The notes under the pieces: model-generated
Seen by the model: the letters and a program-made list of their open reading frames with translations, nothing else
Databases searched by the model: none
Told to the model about the DNA's origin: nothing
Made by a program: the position numbers and the translations under genes
Part shown: positions 53,401 to 64,000 of the stretch, one piece after another
Numbering within the stretch: the stretch's first letter is position 1
How the letters are laid out: every line of letters starts with the position of its first letter
Source: Malacoraja senta
Lineage: Eukaryota
Reading direction: 5' to 3'
Length of the DNA: 64,000 nt
Assembly (NCBI GenBank): GCA_038087875.1
Contig: CM075992.1
Coordinates: 5,458,001-5,522,000 of the forward strand

Positions 53401-54550
53401 AGTAAAAGGTTACAGTCGACAATATACAGCAACACATCCTCACTGGGGACCATTTGTACTGGGAAACATTCCATAATGAAGTCAGCAGGAAAACAAAGTG
53501 GGAACAAATCATCGCCTTGGTGGGGAACCGATAAAGTGTTGCACAGAGACTTTCTCATGGAAAAAAAATGCATTTCCCTTGCAGTTTTCGCATCGCTTTC
53601 ATGATCCCCAAAGGGTGCAGTTGATTAAAAACTCGGTGTAGTTGTTGTAATTCAATAACATCAGCAGCAATTTACACAATACCAAGTTCCCACGAACATC
53701 AATAATCTGTTTTAGTAACTTTTAATATGGGATAAATATTGACCAGCAGATCAGGAAGAAATCCCCAACTCTTCTTAGAAACTACAGCATTTGTTCCTTA
53801 TTATTTCCATCAAAGAGAGTAGACAGGGCTTGTGTTTAATTTCCCACTAAAAGACAGCACCTTCCACCCCCTCAGTAGGGCACTCAAATGCTGACCTAGT
53901 CTTCCATGCTTGTTTCGAGAGCAACACTTGCAGCAAGACAACTATTGCAGTAAGCAAGAGAGAAGTGGTGAAAATGTGTGTCTCATTATCACATGGTGTG
54001 GACTCACAAAAGGTTGCAGATGCTGGAATCTGGAGCACATAATGTCTGAGCTGAACATGATGCTAAGTTAAACCAATATTCATCCATATTCTTCCATTCT
54101 CTGCATATTCACATGTCCACCTAAAAGTCTCTTACACACCACTATTGGAGCCTTCTCTACCACCACCACCCTGGCAGCACGTTCCAGGCACCCACCACCC
54201 TCGAATGTGTAAAACAAAAACTTGTCCACTCTTTTTATAAAAACTTTGTTCCACTCACCTTACTCATCTTTGACATTTCCCCCCAGCGAAAATGGTTCTG
54301 ACTGTCTACCCCATCTATACCTCCAATATGCTTCCATATTTTGTCAGTTCTATGCAAATATAATTTAACCAACTAACACCTCTAACAACTATTTAATATA
54401 TTGTATTGCACGTCTCTTCCTTTGATTCATGATTTGTTCCAGTTTAAACTTCTGCAACCACAATGTCTGGTCCTCGGGCATAATTTTTATATTATTTTGA
54501 AATGTATATGTTTTTTTAAATGGTGAGACTTTTTTTTTTTTTTTTGGTGA

Positions 54551-55090
54551 GACTTGTCTTAGCAGAAAAAACAGAGCATTTTTCGAAGCCATGGACACCA
54601 TTCATTGATTCATTACAAGGATTTTATTTAGCGAATGCAGTCCTTTAGCCAAGCAGTTGCCTCTTGATCTGCTGTATGAAGGGTGACAAGTCCTCCTTTA
54701 AGTCTTTTTTGAGGGCATGCTTCAATGATGTGTTGCAACCCATCATTACAAGGATAGTATGGTGCAACACAACTTTGGAGTTAAATCTAATTATGGGTTG
54801 GGTGTGGGTGGGGAGGGATACGAAGCAGGTATATCATCACCTTTTGTTTTTCTTTCTGTTTTTGTCTTTTTATTTCTCCATGTCTTTCTTATTTCTTTTA
54901 CTTACTCTTTGGCTACACCAATTTGGTAGTCTGGGGGTTCTATTCTTGCACATTCACTTTCTCTCTCTCTTGCTTTTTCTCTCTTCTTCTCTTTCATCTT
55001 TAGCTAAAATTAAAATTGAAGCAGTACAATAACTGTATTATGTCATATGCCGCTGTTTATATTTTTGTACACTGCTTCTAATAAAAAAAA
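54551..55090 (+). mobile_element. L1-clade LINE extreme 3' end
   Basis: LAEKTEHFSKPWTPFIDSLQ parallels LAGKPDQFQKIWSPFIDLLQ of the 30640 element; AATAAA plus A tail; flanking aaatggtgagactt at 54518-31 and 55111-24. Confidence 0.7.
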
Positions 55091-55449
55091 CAATTAATTT
55101 TTTTTTTTTTAAATGGTGAGACTTAAGCAGAAACTATCCATCACTGACAGGGAGAGAAAGAAGCCTGGGATTCATGGTAATCGACAGCACTCACGACTAA
55201 CCACAAAAACCACTGTGGCATTGACTTCCATTTACCTTGTTGCTTGTCTCTGTTCAATAGGATCACTGGTGCCCAGCAATAATGATGGGAGCAAGCTGGT
55301 TGAGTGGCCAATTGCATTGAAAAGGCTAATCATATCAAATAATTCTTGCATGCGTTAAACCTAGTAGGGAGAAACAAATTAGCAAACTTAGGTACAAACA
55401 TTTTACAGACCACCAGGTATTAGACCAATTGATAATTAAAATCTAGGGA

Positions 55450-56185
55450 TAGACACAAGGAACTGCAGATGCCCATTTGCAAAGGACACAAAGTGCAGGA
55501 GTAGCTCAGAGGGAATGGCAGCATCCCCGGAGAACATGGATAGGTGAAGTTTTGGAATGGGACCCTTCTTCAGACTGATTATTGGGGGGGGGGGAAAGAG
55601 GGGACAAAGCATGGCAGGTAATAGGTGATCATAGGGCGGGGGGGAGGGGGGGGGTAGATCGGCAGATGCTTCGACAAAGGCCAGAGATGAAAAAACAGAA
55701 GGTGTGAGACAAAGGGATTGAAGAGTTGCAAATTGTGAAGCCAGAGGAAGGAATGTAAGTGGAGGTGGAGGGGGGAATATGTGTGAGTCCAGTTGGAGCA
55801 CAGGGGGGTGGGGAGGGAGAGGGAAGAAAGGGGAATGTTGGGAAGAAAGGGAGTTTGTTTGAGGTTAAATTGGAGAATTTAATGTTTGTATCATTAGGTT
55901 GTAAGCTGCCCAAGCAGAATACAAGGGGCTGTTCCTCTTTGTGGATGGTTGCACTCTGGCAATGGAGGAGGCCCAGGACAGTGTTTGAATGGGAAAGAGA
56001 GTTAAAATAGTGAGCAGGTAGACAAAATTGCTGGAGAAACTCAGCGGGTGCGGCAGCATCTATGGAGCGAAGGAAATAGGCAACATTTTGGGCCGAAACC
56101 CTTCTTCAGGTTAAAATAGTGAACAACCAGGAGATCCAGTAGACCTTGGTGGACCAAGCCCAAGTGTTCAGCAAAACCGTTGCCC
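55450..56185 (-). mobile_element. Degenerate Penelope 3' end with a nested younger Penelope terminal fragment (56014-56109)
   Basis: LGSLQPNDTNIKFSN endonuclease C-terminus; nested copy has 13-bp TSD gttaaaatagtga (56001-13, 56110-22). Confidence 0.75.
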
Positions 56186-56281
56186 TTAATAATTAAAATC
56201 TACTACTACTAAATATTTATCTGTATTTACAAACCAGATATACAGAGGATTCTAATTATACCTTAGTAAGCCAAAACTCAC

Positions 56282-59200
56282 TTAGACCTCATATAATGAA
56301 ACACAAAACTTTATAAGCATTTTGCACAGCTGTTTGTAAACACCAGAAGATTTTGTCAGTTCCATCGATTTCCGAAGAAGACACTGGAGAAAGCTATAAA
56401 TGAACATTGAAGAGGCTATTAGATAGGCACGTGGATATGCAGGGAATGGAGGGATATGGATCACGTGCAGGCAGAGGAGATTAGTTAGCATGGCATCATG
56501 TTTGACATGGATGCTGTGAGTCGATGGGCCTGTTCCTGGGCTGCACTGTTCTATATTCTAACATAATTAATACAGAGAGGGACAATCAGCATTTGCTGGA
56601 AATTTACATTTCACGGTGTAACAACTACTAATTCTGATGGCGAGTTATCACAGAATAGATTTTCGCAGTCGGCAACACTTCACGACTGAGTGCAAAGACC
56701 AGGCCAATATTTTGAACAGGAATCCCACACGTACATTGCGCCATACACACGAACAAAGCGGCAATGGCTTCCCGCTGAGAAGGCAAGCATTCTGCTGGAA
56801 GAGAATATGTGGGAAGTGGCAAAACTCCATTGACTGCCTGTGACAAACAACGCTGTTGGTGTTGCTCAGGGGTAGGAAAACAATGACAGCCAACACAAAC
56901 CTCTCCTTTCAGAAGGACTTGGCAAGCCACCACCAGAGTGTTTAAAAATCAGGCAAGCCACTTTGAGAAACAGCAGCCAATATCCATGCCATTGGTATAG
57001 ACTGTCCAGATGCAAGAAGCTAGGACTCCCCAATTTATGGAAGAAATCGGTTGCAACTAAACCTACAGGAGAGGTTAAGAAGGAACTGCAGATGCTGGAA
57101 AATCGAAGGTAGACAAAAGTGCTGGAGAAACTCAGCGGGTGCAGCAGCATCTATGGAGCGAAGGAAATAGGCAACGTTTCGGGCCGAAACCCTGAAGAAG
57201 GGTTTCGGCCCAAAACGTTGCCTATTTCCTTTGCTCCATAGATGCTGCTGCACCCGCTGAGTTTCTCCAGCACTTTTGTCTACCTACAGGAGAGGTTCTT
57301 GGCTTTACGGTTTTCTTGATTAGTAAGGGCTTTCTTGATTAGTAAGGGCATCAAAAGTTACGGGGAGAAGGCAGGAGAATGGGGTTGAGAGGGAAAAATA
57401 GATCAGCCATAAATATATGTAATGGCTGTAGACTTGATGGGCCAAATGGCCTAATTCTGCTCCTATGTCAATAGACAATAGGTGCAGGAGTAGGCCATTC
57501 AGCCTTTCGAGCCAGCACTGCCATTCATTGTGATCATGGCTGATCATCCCCAATCAGTACCCCGTTCCTGCCTTCTCCCCATATCCCCTGAGCCCTATCT
57601 AGCTCTCTCTTGCAAGTATCCAGAGAACCGGCCTCCACCGGCCTCTTGAGGCAGAGAATTCCACAGACTCGAAACTCGCTGTGAGAAAAAGTGTTTCCTC
57701 GTCACCGTTCTAAATGGCTTACCCCTTATTCTTAAACTGTGGCCCCGGTTCTGGACTCCCCCAACATGGGGAAGATGTCCTATGGTCTCAATCTCCAAAG
57801 ACAATGGACAACCCTCAACAGAATCCACATGCTACATGGACAAACTTGGAAGCTGCTTCCTAACCGAAAGTGCAATTAAAAACAAAAGATACAGCACAGA
57901 AACAGGCCCAACGAGTCCATGCCGACCAATGATCGTCTGTTCACACTAGCTCTATGTTATTCTGAGTATCCCAAATATCACATAAATCCAGTCACCAATA
58001 TTAGTACAGGAGGTACCTCACTTTCTCATTGAAGAAACTTCGGACTGAATGTAAGGATGATACCCGAGTATTCTCATTTCGTCCAGAACGACTAACAATG
58101 CACTAATATTTTTCTAAGTACTGCAAAGAATCTTGTTTTTGAAGTCCTACCTTCAAAGATAGCCCTGCCTTGAGCTCAGAGGATCTTTGAACTGAGCTAT
58201 GAACTGAATTACCATATAGTAGCTTAGGGTCGTGAAACCAAGAACTGCAGGGACCAGAACACAAAGCGCTGGAGGAACACAGTGGATCAGGCAGCATCTG
58301 TGGAGGGAGTGGATGGGCGATGTTTCGTGTCGGGAGCCTTCTTCAGACTGCAGTGAGTAGTTGCTTTGCCCAGCCATTAATTTAGTTTGCCCAGAAGACC
58401 AGAGTCTCTTTGCTAACTCTGTATAATATCTACTCTCATTTACTGGCACTAGAAATGAGTTCACAAGTTTTGTCCGTGTGCCTGAAAAAATCTAATTGGT
58501 ACCAGATGTGTTAAGCTGAACCAAAGTACAGGGACTGACCCAAGTCAGTGAGGTGCGAGGTCAGGTCAGTAAGTTACTGCAGCATATGCCAAACATAGAA
58601 AATAGGTGCAGGAGGGGGCCATTCGGCCCTTCGAGCCAGCACCGCCATTCATTATGATCATGGCTGATCGTCCCCTATCAATAACCTGTGCCTGCCTTCT
58701 CCCCATATCCCTTGACTCCACTAGCCCCTAGAGCTCTATCTAACGCTCTCTTAAATCCATCCAGTGATTTGGCCTCCACTGCCCTCTGTGGCAGGGAATT
58801 CCATAAATTCACAACTCTCTGGGTGAAAACGTTTTTTCTCACCTCAGTCTTAAATGACCTCCCCTTTATTCTAAGACTGTGGCCCCTGGTTCTGGACTCG
58901 CCCAACATTGGGAACATTTTTCCTGCATCTAGCTTGTCCAGTCCTTTTATAATTGTATATGTTTCTATAAGATCCCCCCTCATCCTTCTAAACTCCAGTG
59001 AATACAAGCCTAGTCTTTTCAATCTTTCCTCATATGACAGCCCCGCCATCCCAGGGATCAATCTCGTGAACCTACGCTGCACTGCCTCAATCACAAGGAT
59101 GTCCTTCCTCAAATTAGGAGACCAAAACTGTACACAATACAGATGTGGAGTATGAAGCCAGAACATAACTCAGAAACTACCATCAGGGCTAAATATTCAA

Positions 59201-62200
59201 GTGAAAACTTTAATACCAGAGCTTGGAGAGATATCAGTGACCATTTCTTCATATAAACTCTGGAAATTGTATTCACTCACAAAACATGAATGTTACTGGG
59301 AAGGCCAGCATTTCTAGCCATCTACAATTCCCATTTAAGATAGATACAAAAAGCTGGAGTAACTCAGCGGGTCAGACAGCATCTCTGGAGAAAAGGAATA
59401 GGTGACATTTCGGGTCGAGACCCTTCTGAGTTACTCCAGCTTTTTGTGTCTATCTCCAGTTTAAACCAGCCTCTGCTGTTCTTTCCAAGACAATTGTCCT
59501 CTAATGGAGTGGCCACTTCAGAGATGCCTCTGGAAATCAAAAAGCTGCAGATGCTGAAAAGTCCGAAACAGAAAGCACTGGAAACACTCAGCAGGTCAGG
59601 CAGCATCTGTGGAAGCAGGTAGCTGCTGGAAACACTCAGCAGGTCAGGCAGCATCTGTGGAAGCAGGTACCTGCTGGAAACACTCAGCGGGTCAGGCAGC
59701 ATCTGTGGAAGCAGGTACCTGCTGGAAACACTCAGCGGGTCAGGCAGCATCTGTGGAAGCAGGTAGCTGCCGGAAACACTCAGCAGGTCAGGCAGCATCT
59801 GTGGAAGCAGGTAGCTGCCGGAAACACTCAGCAGGTCAGGCAGCATCTGTGGAAGCAGGCACAGAATCTACTTTCAGAATTCTGAGTTGGTAGCGTTGCT
59901 CCCTCACAGCGCCAGCGACCCAGGTTCAATCCTGAGCTCGGGTGCTGTCTGTCTGGAGGTTGCACGTTCTCCCCGTGACATGTGGGTCTCCTCCAGGTGC
60001 TCTGGTTTCCTTTCCCATCCCAAAGACGTGCGGTTTGTAGGTTAATTGGCCTCTGTAAACTGCCCCTAGTGGCGAGGTAGTGGATGCGAAAGTGAGATAA
60101 CATAAAACTAGTGTGAACTGGTGATCGTTGGTTGGCAAGGACCCAGTGGGCCAAAGGGGCCAGTTTCCACTTTCTCTCTTTTATTATTAATCAATAAACA
60201 TAATTATATGTTTATCTTCCACATGAAGCGAAGCCAGGATTGGGAGCTCAGTTCAAGTTTTAAAATGGAGCTTGAGAGTTATCTATTCGGGCATGGCAAT
60301 GAGACATTTGGTGCCAGCGCGGTTAACTAGTGGACGATGCAGCCATGATTTCACCGAATGTAGAACACACTCGTGGGGCTGAATAGCCTCGGCCAGATTC
60401 TTAAATAGGTGGGATCTCCATTTCATTAGCCTGGCTCAGATATTTCATCAAATTGATTCACATTTCTCTAAAGTAGTTCAGTTCAGTGTCACATGCTTCA
60501 GTGTCACATTTGTGGAATTCCCTGCCACAGAGGGCAGTGGAGGCCAAATCACTGGATGGATTTAAGAGAGAGTTAGATAGAGCTCTAGGGGCTGGTGGAA
60601 TCAAGGGATATGGGGAGAAGGCAGGCACGGGTTATTGATTGGGGACGATCAGCCATGATCACAATGAATGGCGGTGCTGGCTTGGAGGTGCCGAATGGCC
60701 TCCTCCTGCACCTATTTTCTATGTTTCTATGTACCGAGCTACAGTGAAAAGCTTTAGTTGCGTGCTAACCAGTCAGCGGAAAGACAATACAAGATTACAA
60801 TCGAGCCATTTTACAGTGTACAGATACATGATAATGCAATGACATTTAGTTCAAGGTAAAACCAGCAAAGTCCGATCAAAGATAGTCCGAGTGTCACCAC
60901 TACAGTAGATAATAGTTCAGGGCTGCTCTCTAGTTGTGGATGATTCAGTTGCCTGATAAAAGCAGGAAAGAAATTGTCCCTGATTTCAAAGTATTTCAAA
61001 ACATTAGGTGGAGTGACTGCTGCAAAACTCCAAGCTAAATTGTAACCCACAGGATCCCAAGACGGTTCATCGGAATGTATCCTATGATGTGTAACGCATC
61101 ATAAAGTTCTTCAGGCAGATATCCAAAGAAAAGGTCCAAATTGGCACTCTGCATGGCGAACACTAAATGAAAACAAGTCATAGAATCATACAGCAAGGAA
61201 ACAGGCCCTTCAGCCCAACTTGTCCACGCCGGCCAACATGTCCCATCGACACTAGTCCCACCAGCCTGCGTTTGGTCCATATCCCTCCTAACCTGTCCGA
61301 TCCATGTACCTGGATACCCAGACCATCCATCAATCTGAAGAAGGGTCTCGACCCGAAACGTCACCCATTTCTTCTCTCCAGAGATGCTGCCTGTCCCGCT
61401 GAGTTACTCCAGCATTTTGTGCCTATCAATGTACCCAGCAGTTTCTTAAATGTTGGGATAGTCCCAGCCTCAACTACCTCCTCTGGCAGCTCGTTCCATA
61501 CACCCACCACCCTTTGTGTGAAAAATTCCATCTCAATCCACAGATCAAGACCATAAACAGTGTCTTTAAGTGAAACTAAAACAGGGTGTGTCAATTGAGG
61601 GCAGGAATGTTATGTACCAAGCCATGATCATAACCAATGAGTCCACAACTCACCCAATCTCAGTGCAGATTGGTATCAAGCAAGACTGTACCTGCAATTG
61701 CCTCAAAAAATTTCTCCAGCTTTATACTGCAACGTGACACCTCTCGCGCGCATCCGCTGAAACAGAAAGTTCCAAGTCCAAAGGCCCAACCCTCTCCCTG
61801 TGTCAAACCGCCCTCTGACAATAAACGCTGGAGCAGATAGACCCATTCCTATATCTTCAGTGATGGCAAACCCGATGGGAAGCATTTGGCAGTCTGAGCA
61901 AAGGCACATTTTGATTAGGAGAACCAAAAAACCGTGTCAGGAAAGCAAAATAGTTTTAATTTACCCTTAATGAAATAATACAATAGGTCAAATAATAACA
62001 CACACCAGCATTTATTTTCAATCGATCAGGGGCGGCACGGTGACGCAGCCTTACAGCACCTGGGGTCGATCCAGACTATGGGTGCTGTCTGTACAGAGAT
62101 TGTATGTTCTCCCCATGACCGTGCGGGTTCACTCCAAGTGCTCCAGTTTCCTCCCACACTAAAAGACGTGCAGGTTTTTAGATTAATTGGCTTTGGTTAA

Positions 62201-63776
62201 AATGGAAAATTGTCCCTAGTGTGTGGTGTGTGCTAGTGTAATGGGGATTGCTGGTCGGCATGGACTCGGTGGGCTGAAGGGCCTGTTTCCGCACTGTATC
62301 ATTGAACTAAACTTTTCAATTAAGACACAAACTGCTAGAGTAACTCAGTGGGTCAGGCGACACCATGGAGAACATGGATAGGTAACGTTTCGGGTCGGGA
62401 CCCTTCTTCAAATTGATTGTATGTCGGTGGGGGGGGGGGGAAAGCTGGAAGAGAGGAGGTGCAAGCAAAGCCTGGCAGGAGAGAGCGGAGGGGGGGGGGG
62501 GCAGGACAAAGCCTGGCAATCAGTTTGGCAGTAGGTCAAGTTGGGTTTGTTTTGGCCATGGGTCGGTTGGGTTTATATATCGGAGCGGATCTCGAGCTGG
62601 GAGAACACTGCCTGTACTCACCTAGTTTGGAAAGTACGGCCCACTACACATAGCTTTCAGAGAGCAGAAGGGACTGGAAGCACAGAGCACCTCCGACTCC
62701 ATCATTTGAGATGGCCCTTTGTGCAAAGAGTTGGTGCTCATCAATCAGCCCGAACCCTGGACACGTCTGCCAATGGCACTCCATTCCACTGTACCATGAT
62801 CCAGTGTGTCAACAGCACTCCGTAGGTTTAGGAGGATATGCTGGATATATATCCTGGACAGTGGGTCTAGTGTAGATGGGGCATGGGCAAGTTAGATCAA
62901 AGTGCCTGTTTCCATGGTGTACTTTATAACTATGCACCATCTGTACATTGTGACCCACACTGGCAATTATACACCAACTACTAATGAGACAGTGGTCCAT
63001 CACATGATAGACCAACACTGTGTGCCACGTGACTGTACCATCATTTTACAGCACAACCCATTTGCAATTCTGTCGCCATCAAATCATAGAGCACAGATAC
63101 ACGCCCTTTACAGCAGAACAAGGTGGCCCATCTTGCTCATCTCTCCTGGGTGGTGCGGCTGGTAGAGCCACTGCCTCACAGCGGTTTCCATCCCGACCTC
63201 GGGCGCTGTCTGCGTGTGCAATTTGTGCGTTCTCCCTGTGACCGCGTGCGTTTTCCCCGGGTGCTCCAATTTCCTCCCACATCCCAGAGACGTGCCGGTT
63301 GGTAGGCTAATCCAGCTTCTGTAAATTGCCGCTAGAGTGCAGGGTGTGATGACATAGAACTAGCCGTGAACGGTTGATCAGTGGACTCAGTGGGGCCAGG
63401 GGGCCTGTTCCACGCTGTATCTCTAAACTCAACCAAGAACACAGCACATGTACAAGAGCTGTTAGACATGGAGTCCTCAGTTGGAACAGTATTTTATTAC
63501 AGGATTAAAATCGTGCAGGAAAACAACCAGGTTACTGTCCTATTGTAATGTGAAGCGCAATGTAGGTCTACAACATCATAAATGCTCCTTGACCATATAT
63601 TTTCCGCCACGATTTAACAAAGAAACTACATTCTGGACAGCTTATCAAGTACCACAGAAGAACCAACAGGACTGTTTGAGTTAGGACCCGGCATAATTAG
63701 TGTCAGGGCTCAAAATGTCCTCCTCCTATTCACCTCCGACTTAGAACAATTCATTGATTTATTTCGATAATATACA
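56282..63776 (-). CDS. Candidate unannotated spliced gene, 5'-partial; exons 63776-63734, 62653-62622, 61756-61692, 58191-58151, 56383-56282
   Basis: Each exon is bounded by AG/GT, lies in non-repeat DNA and has a single open frame. Frames chain in phase: VYYRNKSMNCSKSE-LCVVGRTFQTS-GCAREVSRCSIKLEKFFEAIAV-QRSSELKAGLSLK-CLLRKSMELTKSSGVYKQLCKMLIKFCVSLYEV*. No homologue recognised. Confidence 0.45.
57077..57281. mobile_element. Self-inverted Penelope-derived element
   Basis: 16-bp TSD acctacaggagaggtt (57061-76, 57282-97). Confidence 0.85.
58592..59148 (-). mobile_element. CR1 LINE 3' fragment (second subfamily)
   Basis: Open ORF YCVQFWSPNLRKD...RRMRGDLIE...GYGEKAGTGY. Shorter CR1 tails occur at 8237-8438, 51757-932, 52596-865, 57470-780 and 60512-731. 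Confidence 0.9.
59578..59859. repeat. 48-bp tandem minisatellite, about 5.8 copies, derived from the Penelope terminal repeat
   Basis: Unit GAAACACTCAGC(A/G)GGTCAGGCAGCATCTGTGGAAGCAGGTA(G/C)CTGC(T/C)G starting at 59581, 59629, 59677, 59725, 59773 and 59821. Confidence 0.95.
61335..61362 (+). ncRNA. Minimal hammerhead-ribozyme-like motif (second Penelope subfamily)
   Basis: CTGAAGA-A-GGGT(CTCG)ACCC-GAAA-CGTC, with GUC as the predicted cleavage triplet. Confidence 0.55.
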
Positions 63777-64000
63777 CTGAGAATATCAATAAATTGGGCA
63801 GACATTCAATTTTAGTGAAGTTGACTCCGTATGATTGCACAAACAGATATAACCATCCAAGCCAAGACTGCTGCCCGCAACTTGAAATCTCCAGAGACAA
63901 CCCCCCATACTTGACTCCAGATTCCTCCAAAATCCACGGCCTAAACTAGTTGCAAGTATTGTTGAGCAACAGCCCCACCTTCTAAAGCGTTTCTGGGCTG

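Noticed and set aside
59364..59893. Repetitive ORFs (MLPDLLSVSGSYLLPQ)n and a possible CRISPR-like array
   Set aside because: Head-to-tail 48-bp units with no unique spacers and no cas genes, in eukaryotic context; the ORFs exist because the unit length is a multiple of 3.

Overview
Eukaryotic, repeat-rich vertebrate DNA. The repeat content (V-SINE/HE1-type SINEs, CR1, Penelope, L2, L1, RTE, Rex/Babar, Harbinger-type MITEs) points to a cartilaginous fish, probably a skate or ray (inference). One recognisable protein gene lies on the + strand: an NSP-family adaptor (SH2 domain plus Cdc25-homology domain), best matching SH2D3A. It has 9 coding exons at 19080-43082, all introns GT-AG and phase-consistent, and a 2052-nt CDS (683 aa). 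Three observations stand out. (1) About 20 Penelope-derived copies carry a minimal hammerhead-ribozyme-like core (CTGAAGA-hairpin-GAAAC-GTC/GTT), many as self-inverted insertions with target-site duplications (TSDs). (2) Five small minus-strand exons at 63776-56282 each have one open frame, and the frames join in phase into a peptide I cannot recognise, so this is a candidate unannotated gene convergent with SH2D3A. (3) The first SH2D3A coding exon appears 1 nt short of the BCAR3 equivalent, giving either a uORF whose stop overlaps the start codon or an assembly indel. Family assignments and paralogue comparisons are from recalled sequences, not database searches.
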